A stretch of DNA of 64,000 nt from an uncultured delta proteobacterium (GCA_963810935.1 CAWEPK010000008.1:544001-608000); one strand, 5' to 3'; counted from the stretch's first letter, positions 9,503-19,593 are shown. Made by a program: numbers and translations. Notes: generated by a model not told the origin, from the sequence alone.

Positions 9503-10520
9503 AGAAATGGATGAAAAGCTGATATTACTCGGTCACGGCAGCGGAGGAGGCTTGAGCCACGATCTTATCGACGGACTTTTCGTCCGCCACTTCGGCAACC
9601 CCATCCTTCTTCCCCTGGAAGACGCATCGGTCTTCGACCTGCCTCCCGGCAAGACGGCCTTCACGACGGACAGCTACGTAGTCAAGCCCATCTTTTTCCC
9701 TGGCGGGGACATCGGCCGGCTGGCCGTCTGCGGCACTGTTAACGATCTCTCCATGCGCGGGGCCAGGCCGCTCTACTTGAGCACGGGCTTCATAATCGAG
9801 GAAGGCTTCAGCCGCGCCGATCTTGAGCGGATCGTCATCTCCATGAGCGAGGCGGCGCGAGAAGCGGGGGTCTCCATCGTCTGTGGAGATACGAAGGTCG
9901 TAGAGAGGCGGGCAGCCGACGGCGTCTTCATCAATACTGCGGGCGTCGGCCTGATACCCGCAGGCGTGAGCATCTCCGTGCAAAACGCCAGGCCGGGCGA
10001 TGTCGTAATCGTGAGCGGCACGATCGGCGACCACGGCGTCACTGTCCTTTCACAGAGGCAGGGTCTCCATTTCACGACCCCTGTCAAAAGCGACGTAGCC
10101 CCGCTGAACGGTCTTGCGCAGGCCATGCTCGAAGTCGCCCCGGCGGCCGTGCATGCCATGAGAGACCCTACAAGGGGCGGCATAGCGACTACGCTGAAAG
10201 AGATTGCCTCCGGCTCCTCGGTCGGGATAGAGATAGTAGAGGACAGCATCCCCGTGTCGGAGGCGGTCGGCGCAGCATGCGAGATGCTGGGCCTCGATTA
10301 CCTGTACTTGGCGAACGAGGGGAAGCTCGTCGCCGTCGTAGCCGAAGACCGGGCAGACCACATCCTATCGGCGATGAAAGCCAATATTTACGGCCGCAAC
10401 GCGGCCGTTATCGGACGCGTGACTGCGGACCACCCCGGCATGGTCAGCGTCAAGAATGCATTTGGCGCAAAGCGCATCGTCGAGATGCTCGCAAGCGACC
10501 AATTCCCGCGGATCTGCTGA
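9495..10520 (+). CDS. hypE: Carbamoyl dehydratase HypE
   Basis: HGSGG, FTTDSYVV, GDTKVV, MRDPTRGG, C-terminal PRIC. Confidence 0.97.
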   Translation: MDKEMDEKLILLGHGSGGGLSHDLIDGLFVRHFGNPILLPLEDASVFDLPPGKTAFTTDSYVVKPIFFPGGDIGRLAVCGTVNDLSMRGARPLYLSTGFIIEEGFSRADLERIVISMSEAAREAGVSIVCGDTKVVERRAADGVFINTAGVGLIPAGVSISVQNARPGDVVIVSGTIGDHGVTVLSQRQGLHFTTPVKSDVAPLNGLAQAMLEVAPAAVHAMRDPTRGGIATTLKEIASGSSVGIEIVEDSIPVSEAVGAACEMLGLDYLYLANEGKLVAVVAEDRADHILSAMKANIYGRNAAVIGRVTADHPGMVSVKNAFGAKRIVEMLASDQFPRIC

Positions 10521-10547
10521 CAGAAGCCTTTGTCGATCATTTTTTGC

Positions 10548-10599
10548 TTGACAACATCGTCTACAACAGATACAATCGTAACACACTGTAATTACAGTG
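10548..10599 (+). promoter_or_regulatory. Sigma70 promoter followed by a perfect 16-bp palindrome (candidate operator)
   Basis: TTGACA(10548)-N17-TACAAT(10571); CACTGTAATTACAGTG at 10584-10599. Confidence 0.7.
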
Positions 10600-10809
10600 C
10601 TTGCACGGTTTTTCACCCACAGCATAGCACGACCCCACAAAACTCATATCAAAGGAAATAGAGAAAAAGGTAACCACTGAGGAAGGGCGCGCAAGCTCCA
10701 CCCCGCGCTGCCCGCCTCTCCGAAAGACCGGCCGTGCGGGGAGACGGCCTTGTGACACAGCCGGATACATAAACATTACGGGAACGAAGGTAAAGGCTAG
10801 GAGGCAAAC

Positions 10810-11517
10810 ATGAAGTGGCTGAAGGTCTTTGCGATACCCGCCAGTCTTCTGCTGATATTGCTCGGCATAGCTTTACCTGCGAACGCGGAGCTTTACCTGT
10901 ATATGACCACAAGTCCGACCCTTCCGAGTTCTTATGTCGGCACTGGAAGCGACACCGTGTCCTTTTCGGGACCGATCGGCAACTGGACTACGAATTTCAC
11001 AACCGGCATCAAGCTCACCAGCCAGGGCCCGGCCAACATCGATCTCAATTCCGTTAACCTGACTTCAGTAGGCGCAGGCACTCTCTACATCTATCTGGTG
11101 GGAACCGACCTTTGGGCCTACGAGCAGAAGTGCTTGTTCACGGCCAGCGTGACAACGATGGGCAGCGTCACTTTCGCCGGTTACTATAACGCAAACAATT
11201 CCAGCACCCCGTCCGCCGGGGGATGGACCCAGGCCGTCAGCTTGCCCGCTGTCGGCTCATACGCCTCGAACCCGGCCGGTGTTCCTTCCTCCTTCGCCCA
11301 AGATACAACGTTCCCACAAAACTTGGCGCAGAACACCACTTACTCGTTCATGGAAACCGCCGTAATATCTCACACGTCCGGAAATCAGGTAACGAGCTTC
11401 AATGAAGAGGTGTCGGCAGGCACACATATGCCGATACCGGGCGGTGTCTGGCTCCTCGGCGGGGCGCTTATGGGGTTGATAGGCATAAAAAGGCGGATGA
11501 CGGGAAAAAAGGGCTGA
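10810..11517 (+). CDS. Secreted Ser/Thr-rich protein with PEP-CTERM/VPLPA-CTERM-like sorting signal
   Basis: Signal peptide ending ANA; C-terminus MPIPGGVWLLGGALMGLIGIKRR (motif + TM helix + basic tail). Confidence 0.85.
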   Translation: MKWLKVFAIPASLLLILLGIALPANAELYLYMTTSPTLPSSYVGTGSDTVSFSGPIGNWTTNFTTGIKLTSQGPANIDLNSVNLTSVGAGTLYIYLVGTDLWAYEQKCLFTASVTTMGSVTFAGYYNANNSSTPSAGGWTQAVSLPAVGSYASNPAGVPSSFAQDTTFPQNLAQNTTYSFMETAVISHTSGNQVTSFNEEVSAGTHMPIPGGVWLLGGALMGLIGIKRRMTGKKG

Positions 11518-11540
11518 GCCTCCGTCCTTGCCATATAGCA

Positions 11541-11570
11541 AAAAGGGCGAGGCATCTGCCTCGCCCTTTT
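11541..11570. terminator. Bidirectional intrinsic terminator
   Basis: AAAAGGGCGAGGCA-tc-TGCCTCGCCCTTTT between convergent genes. Confidence 0.9.
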
Positions 11571-11588
11571 AATTTCCCTTATCGCGCT

Positions 11589-12914
11589 TTACGTCCCCAT
11601 CTCCCACGAGGAGAGGTACTTCTTTTGTTCCCGGGTCAGCTTGTCTATCAGCACGCCCCTGGTCGCCAGCTTCAGCAGCGCCACCTTCTTGTCTATCTCT
11701 AACGGCACGCCGTAAACCTTCTTCTCAAGCTCTTTTCCCTTCTTCCACACATATTCGGCCACGAGCGACTGGTTGGCGAAGCTCATGTCCATGACCTCCG
11801 AGGGGTGACCCTCGGCTGCGGCGAGGTTGATAAGCCGACCTTCGCCCAAAAGATATATCTTCTTCCCGTTCTTGAGCGCGTATTCGTCAAGGAAGGGCCG
11901 CAGCCGCCTTTTCGATTTCTTCATAGACTCAAGCGCCTCGATATCAACCTCGACGTTGAAGTGGCCCGAGTTGCATAATATCGCCCCGTCCTTCATGCGC
12001 TCGAAATGCTCTTTCCGCAGCACGCGGACATCGCCCGTGACCGTGATGAAAATATCGCCCGTCCTGGCCGCCTGCCCCATCTCCATAACCTCGAAGCCGT
12101 CCATGACCGCTTCCAGGGCGCGCAATGGGTCAACCTCAGTCACTATGACGTGGGCGCCCAGGCCTTTGGCCCGCATCGCCACGCCCCTGCCGCACCAGCC
12201 GTATCCGGCGATGACGAAGCGGGAGCCTGCAACGAGCATGTTGGTGGCGCGGAGAATGCCGTCCATCGTGCTCTGCCCCGTGCCGTACCGGTTGTCGAAC
12301 ATATGCTTGGTGGATGCGTCGTTCACGGCGATAATGGGGAACCTGAGCACCCCTTCCCGCTCCATGCTCTTCAGGCGGATGACGCCCGTGGTAGTCTCCT
12401 CGGAGCTGCCTATCACGGCATCCATCAGCTTCTTTTTGCGGGCCGGCGCAAGGCGCATTACCCAGTCTTTGACTTTCGGGTGGAGCCCATCGTACCGCTT
12501 GAGAGCGATCATGTGCAGCGCCCCGACAAGGTCTGCCCCGTCGTCCATCGTCAGGTTGGGCTCGAATGCGAGCGCCTTCACGATGTGCGCGTAGTAACGG
12601 TTCTCGTCCTCTCCCTTGACTGCGAAGACGGAAACGCCAGTATGCTTCACCATGCTCGCCGCTACGTCGTCCTGAGTGGAAAGCGGGTTGGAAGCGCAAA
12701 CGAGCACCTCGGCGCCCCCGGCTTTGAGCGTTGCGGCCAGGTTGGCCGTCTCTGTAGTTACGTGCAGACAGCAGGAGATGCGCGCGCCTTTCAGGGGACG
12801 CTCTTTCTTGAACCTCTCCCTTATCATCCTGAGCACCGGCATCCGCCGCTCGGCCCATTCGACCTTGTACCGCCCGGCATCAGCGGTTTTGATGTCTTTA
12901 ACGTCGTAATCCAT
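11589..12914 (-). CDS. ahcY: Adenosylhomocysteinase
   Basis: CLHVT, SNPLSTQD, EETTTG, KHMFDNRYGTGQS, GYGWCGRG, GHPSEVMD. Confidence 0.98.
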   Translation of the reverse strand: MDYDVKDIKTADAGRYKVEWAERRMPVLRMIRERFKKERPLKGARISCCLHVTTETANLAATLKAGGAEVLVCASNPLSTQDDVAASMVKHTGVSVFAVKGEDENRYYAHIVKALAFEPNLTMDDGADLVGALHMIALKRYDGLHPKVKDWVMRLAPARKKKLMDAVIGSSEETTTGVIRLKSMEREGVLRFPIIAVNDASTKHMFDNRYGTGQSTMDGILRATNMLVAGSRFVIAGYGWCGRGVAMRAKGLGAHVIVTEVDPLRALEAVMDGFEVMEMGQAARTGDIFITVTGDVRVLRKEHFERMKDGAILCNSGHFNVEVDIEALESMKKSKRRLRPFLDEYALKNGKKIYLLGEGRLINLAAAEGHPSEVMDMSFANQSLVAEYVWKKGKELEKKVYGVPLEIDKKVALLKLATRGVLIDKLTREQKKYLSSWEMGT

Positions 12915-12939
12915 TTATCCTCCAGTCGATCATGTAGTT

Positions 12940-13028
12940 GTGAGGGGGGAGGCTCCATGCGGCCGGGGCACCCGCCCGACGTAAGGAGGGAAGGGTCGCC
13001 TGGAGGGGGCGCTGAACAGCCCCCTCAC
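12940..13028. repeat. 89-bp palindromic intergenic element with 9-bp terminal inverted repeats
   Basis: GTGAGGGGG...CCCCCTCAC ends; internal GAGGGGGC-gctgaaca-GCCCCCTC hairpin. Confidence 0.5.
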
Positions 13029-13062
13029 GTCGTATTCCGTTTCGCCCCCGGTTAGCCTAAGG

Positions 13063-14226
13063 TCACGCACCGGCCTGTTTCTTGATCGCTTCCACCATGT
13101 CGAGCTTCTCCCAGGTGAAATCGGGATCGTTCCTGCCGAAGTGGCCGCAGCAGGCCGTTTTCTTAAATATGGGCCGCAGTAAGTCGAGCCTCTCGATGAT
13201 CTTCCTCGGCCTCAAGTCAAAGATCTCCGTGATTATCTTGGCGATGCGGTCTGGGCTTATCTTGGCGGTCCCCTGCGAATCGACGTTGACCGAGACGGGC
13301 TCCGCAACCCCGATAGTGTAAGCAAGCTGCACTTCCAGGCGGTCGGCAAGGCCGGCGGCAACTACGTTCTTGGCTATGTAACGCGCCATGTACGATGCGC
13401 TCCTGTCCACCTTCGACGGGTCCTTGCCGGAGAAGGCGCCGCCGCCGTGACTGCCCACGCCGCCGTACGTATCTACGATGATCTTCCGGCCCGTCACACC
13501 GCAGTCACCCTTCGGACCGCCGACGACGAACCTTCCGGTGGAATTGACGTATATCTTTGTGTTCTTGTCCATAAGCTCGGCAGGCACCACCTTATTGATG
13601 ACCTCGGCGATCACGCCATCGCGCACCATGGCCTGCGTCACGTCGGGGTTATGCTGCGCGGCGATGACCACTGAGTCGACCCGCACCGGCGCCCTGTCCA
13701 CGTACTCTATGGTCACCTGGCTCTTTCCGTCGGGCCGGAGGAACGAAAGCGAGCCGTCCTTCCTTGCCTCTGCAAGCCTCTGGACGAGCCTATGGGCATA
13801 CATGATGGTCATCGGCATATATTCCGACGTTTCATTGCAGGCAAAGCCGAACATCAGCCCTTGGTCGCCCGCACCCTGCTCGTGTTCTCCCGTCTCGTTG
13901 ACCCCCATGGCGATGTCGGGCGACTGCTCGTCTATCGCCGTCAGGACGGAGCAGGTCTCCCAGTCGAACCCCATGGCCGAGTTGTTATAACCGATGCCCT
14001 TGATCGTCTCCCTGACGATATCGGGGATATGAACATAAGTGCTTGTCGTGATTTCGCCACCCACAAAGGCAAGACCCGTAGTGACAAGCGTCTCGCAGGC
14101 GACCCTCGCCCTCTTGTCCTTGGCAATGATTGCGTCCAGCACGGCATCGGAGATCTGATCCGCGACCTTATCCGGGTGCCCCTCGGCAACCGATTCTGAA
14201 GTGAAAAGAAATCTGGACATGCTCAT
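13063..14226 (-). CDS. metK: S-adenosylmethionine synthetase
   Basis: [25 protein letters not shown]. Confidence 0.98.
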   Translation of the reverse strand: MSMSRFLFTSESVAEGHPDKVADQISDAVLDAIIAKDKRARVACETLVTTGLAFVGGEITTSTYVHIPDIVRETIKGIGYNNSAMGFDWETCSVLTAIDEQSPDIAMGVNETGEHEQGAGDQGLMFGFACNETSEYMPMTIMYAHRLVQRLAEARKDGSLSFLRPDGKSQVTIEYVDRAPVRVDSVVIAAQHNPDVTQAMVRDGVIAEVINKVVPAELMDKNTKIYVNSTGRFVVGGPKGDCGVTGRKIIVDTYGGVGSHGGGAFSGKDPSKVDRSASYMARYIAKNVVAAGLADRLEVQLAYTIGVAEPVSVNVDSQGTAKISPDRIAKIITEIFDLRPRKIIERLDLLRPIFKKTACCGHFGRNDPDFTWEKLDMVEAIKKQAGA

Positions 14227-14255
14227 ATGGGACTACCTCCTAGTAAATTGTGTGT

Positions 14256-16025
14256 CTACGCAAAATCCTCGGGAAATAGGGCCGACATCTCTTTTCTCAG
14301 CAACTGCTCGCTTTCTTTCGCCGACTCTTTGGAAAATATCTCTTTCACCAGGTCCCTGCAGTAGGTGTGACCCAGCCCCCTTACGATCTTTTTGACCCTC
14401 GGGATGGAGTAAGCGTTCATCGACAGCTCGTCCATGTCGAGACCGAGGAGTATGGGTACGTATAACGGCTCGCCCGCCATCTCGCCGCACAGGCAGACCT
14501 CGATCTTGCCGGCGTGCGCGTCATCGACCGTCTTCTTGATCATGCGCAGCACGGCCGGATGAAGCGGCTCGTACAGATACGAGACGTACTCGTTGATCCT
14601 GTCTATGGCAAGCGTGTACTGGATCAGGTCGTTCGTCCCGATGCTGAAGAAATCGACCTCCTTGGCCAGCAGGTCCGTAATCATGGTCGCCGAAGGCACC
14701 TCGATCATGATGCCTATCTTGATCCCCTCGTCGAACGGGACCTTCTCATCCTTCAGCTCCGCCATGCATTCGCGCAGGACCGCCTTCGCCTTCTTCACCT
14801 CGTCCATGCCCGAAACCATGGGGAACATGATGCGAAGCGGCCCGTAGGCGCTCGCCCTCAGCAAACCCCGGAGCTGCGCCTTGAATATCTCGACTTCCTT
14901 GATGCACAGGCGTATGGCCCGGAGGCCCATGGCAGGGTTGATCTCTTTCGGCACCTCGATCTTGGAGGCAAACTTATCGCCGCCTAAGTCCAGTGTGCGG
15001 ATAGTTGTATATGAGACCTTCCTGTTTTCGGCAAGCTTCCTGTATATGTGGTAGTGGTCCATCTCGGTCGGGAGCGTCTTGCGCGACAGGTAAATATACT
15101 CTGTCCGGTAAAGCCCGACTCCCTCCGCCCCGTACCGCTCGACGATATCCATCTCGGCCAGAAGCTCTATATTGGCGCCGACCCTTATCCTGAAGCCGTC
15201 CTTCGTTTCCGACTTCAGCTTGGCTATGCGCAGGTACTCCTTCCTCTGGGCGTTGCGGTGTACCTGCCTCACCAGGTAGTCCTTCTGCACTTCGGCCGAC
15301 GGGTTCAGGATAACGACGCCGTGGTCGCCGTCAATGATGATCGTGTCGTTGCTCCTCGCAAGCGACGTGACCTTGCCGAGGCCGACTACGGCCGGTATCT
15401 CCAGGGCCCTTGCCACGATCGACGTATGGGAGGTGCGGCCCCCCACATCAGTGACGAACCCCGACACCTTGTGCAGGTCGAGCTGGATCGTGTCCGCCGG
15501 AGAGAGGTCGGGGGCTACTATAATAACCTTCCCCCGCATGCCCTTGGCGTCCACGCCGGAGACCTTGCCCTTCACCATCATCCGCAGGAGCCTCTGATAG
15601 ATATGGTTAAGGTCCTGCCCCCTCTCGCGCAGGTATGGGTCCTCCACCTTCTCAAAACTGGAGAGGAACCTGGAAACGACCATTTCGAGCGCCCACTCCG
15701 CGTTGACGTGCCGCTTCCTTATGATATCGACCACGTCTCCCGTGAAATAGGCGTCCTGCAGCATAAGCATGTGGGCGTCGATAATAAACGCGTGCTTGCG
15801 CACCTCGTCATCGGGGATGGAATCCTTGACGCGGGAGAGGTCTTCGATCGCGCCTTTCACGGCGCCCCTGAACTTGCTCAACTCTTTCTCGACCTGCTCT
15901 TCCCTTATCTGGTGCTTGGCGACATGTACCTTGCCCCGCTCCAGCAGGTACACCCTGCCTATAGCGATGCCGGACGACACAGCCGTGCCGTTAAGCTCTG
16001 TTTGAGGCAATTTATTGTTGTTCAT
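14256..16025 (-). CDS. ptsI: PTS enzyme I
   Basis: GGRTSHTSI, GVGLYRTE, RTLDLGGDK, FSIGTNDL, CGEMAG. Confidence 0.97.
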   Translation of the reverse strand: MNNNKLPQTELNGTAVSSGIAIGRVYLLERGKVHVAKHQIREEQVEKELSKFRGAVKGAIEDLSRVKDSIPDDEVRKHAFIIDAHMLMLQDAYFTGDVVDIIRKRHVNAEWALEMVVSRFLSSFEKVEDPYLRERGQDLNHIYQRLLRMMVKGKVSGVDAKGMRGKVIIVAPDLSPADTIQLDLHKVSGFVTDVGGRTSHTSIVARALEIPAVVGLGKVTSLARSNDTIIIDGDHGVVILNPSAEVQKDYLVRQVHRNAQRKEYLRIAKLKSETKDGFRIRVGANIELLAEMDIVERYGAEGVGLYRTEYIYLSRKTLPTEMDHYHIYRKLAENRKVSYTTIRTLDLGGDKFASKIEVPKEINPAMGLRAIRLCIKEVEIFKAQLRGLLRASAYGPLRIMFPMVSGMDEVKKAKAVLRECMAELKDEKVPFDEGIKIGIMIEVPSATMITDLLAKEVDFFSIGTNDLIQYTLAIDRINEYVSYLYEPLHPAVLRMIKKTVDDAHAGKIEVCLCGEMAGEPLYVPILLGLDMDELSMNAYSIPRVKKIVRGLGHTYCRDLVKEIFSKESAKESEQLLRKEMSALFPEDFA

Positions 16026-16285
16026 GTCTCACCGAAGCCGTCCTCGATCAGCCGCCGCAAGTCGTCGAAAGCATCCTGCTCGTCGGTACCGTCGACCATG
16101 ACAGTAAGCTTTGTCCCGAGAGGACAAGCGAGCATCAGCAACCCCATGATGCTCTTTCCGTTCACCTTCTGGCCGTCCTTCTCAACCCAGACGTTCGATT
16201 GGTAGGATGACGCCTTTTTAACGAACTGGGCCGCGGCGCGCGCGTGCAGGCCGAGCCTGTTTCTTATCGTGAAAATCCCTTCCAT
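16022..16285 (-). CDS. ptsH: HPr phosphocarrier
   Basis: GLHARAA, NGKSIMGLLML. Confidence 0.96.
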   Translation of the reverse strand: MEGIFTIRNRLGLHARAAAQFVKKASSYQSNVWVEKDGQKVNGKSIMGLLMLACPLGTKLTVMVDGTDEQDAFDDLRRLIEDGFGET

Positions 16286-16290
16286 CAGCG

Positions 16291-16701
16291 CTATTCTGCC
16301 TTCCTTATGTTCAACACGTCGGTTGCGAGGTATATGTTCTTCTTGCCGTAGCTCGCTATAAAACCGGCCAGCTCGGGGAGGCCCTTGCCCTGGCGGTAAG
16401 TCACGAGCTTGATGAGCATCGGGAGGTTCGTGCCCGTCACTACCTCCACCTTGCCTGCTTCCAGAAAGGAGAGGCTGATGTTGGAGGGCGTGCCGCCGAA
16501 CATATCCGTCAGTATGACGGCGCCCTGGCCGGCATCGACGCTCTTCAGGGCGTCGGTGAGCTTCTTCTTTATCTTGTCGACGTCTTCGTCAGGGAAGATA
16601 TCGACGTACTGGAACTGTTCCTGCTTCCCGACTATCAACTCGGTGGCGGCGACCATCTCTCGGGCAAGGTTGAAATGAGCCACAACAACAATACCAATCA
16701 T
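16291..16701 (-). CDS. PTS EIIA, mannose/fructose-type
   Basis: IVVVAH, LTDMFGGTPSN, GTNLPML. Confidence 0.93.
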   Translation of the reverse strand: MIGIVVVAHFNLAREMVAATELIVGKQEQFQYVDIFPDEDVDKIKKKLTDALKSVDAGQGAVILTDMFGGTPSNISLSFLEAGKVEVVTGTNLPMLIKLVTYRQGKGLPELAGFIASYGKKNIYLATDVLNIRKAE

Positions 16702-17552
16702 CGCCCCTCCTTGTCGATGTCCCGGTGCAGCACCGTCACATTATAACCCATGATACGCAGGTGCCCCTCCAGCTCGTTCGCGATCGCCGGCGAGCGGTGC
16801 CTGCCCCCCGTGCATCCGATGCAGATAGTGAGGTAGCTCTTGCCCTCACGCTCGTAAAGCGGGATCAGGCTGACGAAGAAATCAAGCAGCATCGGGAAAA
16901 ACCGGTCGTACGTCTCGTTCGACTTCACGTAGTCCGCAACGTCGCCGGCAAGCCCGGTCTTCTCCTTCAGCCCCGCTACGAAAAACGGGTTCGGGAGGAA
17001 GCGGACGTCCTGCACGAGATCGGCTTCCAGCGGTATCCCATAGCCGAACCCGAAGGAGACCAGGTTTATCTTCATCCTCTTCTCGCCGCCGCCGTACGTG
17101 CTGATGACGAAATTCCGCAGGCCGTTCGTCGTGAAGAGCGATGTGTCGATAACCTTGTCGGATATCTCCTTGATCCAGTTCATCTCCACCCGTTCGCTGC
17201 TGAGCGCCTCCCTGATGCTCGATGCGTCGTAAAACGGGTGGCTCCTCCGCGTCTCCTTAAACCGCCGCAGCAGCATCTCGTCGGTGCAGTCCAGGAATAT
17301 CAGCTCGACGTCGTACTTCTCCTTGACCTTGCTCAGCACCAGTTTACCTTCCTCGAAGAATTCCCTTTCCCGTATATCGATCACGAAAGCTGACTTGGAC
17401 AGCTTCGATTCCGGGCTCGTCGAAAGCTCCAGGAAGTTTCGCAGCAGCACCAGCGGGAAATTATCTACGCAGAAATATCCCGCGTCTTCGAGCGCCTTAA
17501 GAAACGTAGTCTTCCCCGACCCTGAAATGCCGCTGAGGATGACCGTCTTCAT
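16698..17552 (-). CDS. rapZ: RNase adapter RapZ
   Basis: GISGSGKT, ETRRSHP, DVRFLPNP, GCTGGRHRS. Confidence 0.96.
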   Translation of the reverse strand: MKTVILSGISGSGKTTFLKALEDAGYFCVDNFPLVLLRNFLELSTSPESKLSKSAFVIDIREREFFEEGKLVLSKVKEKYDVELIFLDCTDEMLLRRFKETRRSHPFYDASSIREALSSERVEMNWIKEISDKVIDTSLFTTNGLRNFVISTYGGGEKRMKINLVSFGFGYGIPLEADLVQDVRFLPNPFFVAGLKEKTGLAGDVADYVKSNETYDRFFPMLLDFFVSLIPLYEREGKSYLTICIGCTGGRHRSPAIANELEGHLRIMGYNVTVLHRDIDKEGR

Positions 17553-18490
17553 TCTTCACCCTCTTTCCGCGCAGACCGCAATACCCGCTTCTCCAGGTCG
17601 CGCGCTGTATCTATCCCATCCGTCTTGAGCACGTGGTTCCTGCACGCCAGCTCTATTACCGCCGATACGTTCCGCCCGGGACTTATGGGGATACGTATGA
17701 GCGGCAGGTCCAGGCCCAGAAGGCGGTACTTTTCATTGCCCAGGCCGACCCTCTCGTAGTCCGCGCTGTTATCCCAGTCCACAAGCTCTACTACCAGCTC
17801 TATCCTCTTGCTCGGCCTGACTGCCGCCACGCCGAAAAGCTGCCGTATGTCCACTATGCCGATGCCCCTTACCTCCAGGAGATTCCTGAGCATCTCCGGA
17901 GATCCTCCCACAAGGTCCAGGGCTCCTATCTTCTTTACCTCAACTACGTCGTCGCTCACGAGGCGAAAGCCGCGCATGACCAGGTCAAGGGCGTTCTCGC
18001 TCTTGCCTATGCCGCTCCTGCCGATAATGAGCGCCCCAACGCCCACGATCTCCATCAGCACGCCGTGGACGATGTCCGAAGGTGCGAGCATCTCCTCCAA
18101 GCCGCGCGCGAGCCGCTCGATGAAAACGGCCGTCACGAGCCTGCTCCGGAGCAGCGGTATTTTCCTCTCTCCGGTTTCCCTGAGCAGGCACTCGGGCACT
18201 TTCAAACCGCGCGTGACGACGAAGCACGCGACGTCCCGGCTGCACAGGTCGTGCACGATCCTCTCGCTCTCACCACCCGGAAGGCCCCTGAGGTAGGATA
18301 TCTCGGTGTAGCCGAGAATCTGCACCCTGTGCGGGTGAAGGTAGACCATGTAGCCGGCTATAACGAGGCCCAGTTTCTGGATCCTCGGGTTGTATATCTT
18401 TTTTGAGAGCCCTTCCGCGCCCGCGATGATATCGAGCTCCAGGCCGTAGGTCCTATCTTCGAGGATCTGTCGAACCGTTATGCCCTTCAT
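17549..18490 (-). CDS. hprK: HPr kinase/phosphorylase
   Basis: HGVL, GRSGIGKSE, LVSDD, LEVRGIGI, PGRN. Confidence 0.96.
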   Translation of the reverse strand: MKGITVRQILEDRTYGLELDIIAGAEGLSKKIYNPRIQKLGLVIAGYMVYLHPHRVQILGYTEISYLRGLPGGESERIVHDLCSRDVACFVVTRGLKVPECLLRETGERKIPLLRSRLVTAVFIERLARGLEEMLAPSDIVHGVLMEIVGVGALIIGRSGIGKSENALDLVMRGFRLVSDDVVEVKKIGALDLVGGSPEMLRNLLEVRGIGIVDIRQLFGVAAVRPSKRIELVVELVDWDNSADYERVGLGNEKYRLLGLDLPLIRIPISPGRNVSAVIELACRNHVLKTDGIDTARDLEKRVLRSARKEGEE

Positions 18491-18954
18491 CCACCGAACT
18501 TTTTGTCCTCTTCGACGATATCGCCGTACAGGTCCCCGTCCCCGCCTTGCTCGATCAGGCGTTTTCTAAATGACGGGTCTCTCAGCACACGCGATATCCG
18601 GGACAGCATCTGGATGTGAAGCCCGGCAGAGTCCTCCGGCGCCAAAAGCAGAAACACGATGTGAACGGGCTGCCCGTCCACCGCGTCGAAGTTTATGCCC
18701 GTCTTAGACCTGCCGAAGGCGCACAACAGGTGCGTCAGGCCTTTCATCTTCCCGTGCGGTATGGCGACACCGTCGCCAATGCCCGTGCTGCCTAGCTTTT
18801 CGCGCTCCAGGATGACGCCGACCGCCTCGTCCACACTCTCTATGAGGCCTGTTTCCTTCATGGCCGTCGTCAGCTCTTTAAGCACTTCTTCCTTCGTCGA
18901 TCCCTTGAGGTCTGCAATTACGCAAGATTCCCTCAGGGCATCACCCATCTTCAT
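18487..18954 (-). CDS. ptsN: PTS EIIA(Ntr)
   Basis: REKLGSTGIGDGVAIPH; rpoN operon context. Confidence 0.93.
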   Translation of the reverse strand: MKMGDALRESCVIADLKGSTKEEVLKELTTAMKETGLIESVDEAVGVILEREKLGSTGIGDGVAIPHGKMKGLTHLLCAFGRSKTGINFDAVDGQPVHIVFLLLAPEDSAGLHIQMLSRISRVLRDPSFRKRLIEQGGDGDLYGDIVEEDKKFGG

Positions 18955-19475
18955 AGGGCCCTTCCCCTCGTTTCGATAAGGCTGAAATTGCCGTCTTTCC
19001 GTTTGTACAACACGCAGACGTTGCCCCTCTCGATCTCCCGGAATATGATGAAACCGTCGCCGGAGGCGGCCAGCTGCATCTTCGCCTCTTCGGGGTCCAT
19101 CGGCTTGGCGTCAATGGTCCGCTGCATGATGACCTGCGGGCCTCTCTCTTCCCTCTCGCCTTCCGGATACTTCGGCTTGCCCTCACGGTACTGCTTCACC
19201 TTGTCCCGGTACCGCGACAGCCGCGTCTCCAGCTTGTCGAGTATGCTGTCGACGGCCGCGTGCATGTCGTCCTTCACGTCGTGCGCGTTTATGACCACGC
19301 CGTTGAGGGTAAACATCACGTCCACCCTCTGCCTGTACTTGCGCTCGAGGGAAAGGACCACGTGGAGGTCAAGCGAGCTTTCGACGAACTTTTGCAGCCT
19401 TGAAAGCTTCTCTTCCACGTACTTTTTCAGGTCGTCATCCGGTGCGACCCGCCTGAAGGCGATAGTGATATCCAT
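18951..19475 (-). CDS. hpf: Ribosome hibernation promoting factor (long HPF)
   Basis: YVEEKL, DMHAAVD, KPMDPEEA, VLYKRKDG. Confidence 0.94.
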   Translation of the reverse strand: MDITIAFRRVAPDDDLKKYVEEKLSRLQKFVESSLDLHVVLSLERKYRQRVDVMFTLNGVVINAHDVKDDMHAAVDSILDKLETRLSRYRDKVKQYREGKPKYPEGEREERGPQVIMQRTIDAKPMDPEEAKMQLAASGDGFIIFREIERGNVCVLYKRKDGNFSLIETRGRAL

Positions 19476-19593
19476 GTTACCCCCAGAACATACTAATTAC
19501 GAACCGGCGGCAAGCCTGGTTCGCTAAAAGCAGTTGCCCCGGCGCCTCGCTCTTCGCTCTACGAACAAAAGCGGCCGTCCGGCGCCCCATTTA

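Noticed and set aside
12915..13062. SAH or SAM riboswitch before ahcY
   Set aside because: Recalled core motifs (e.g. GAGGAGCG...CAGGCUC) are absent; kept only as an unexplained palindromic element
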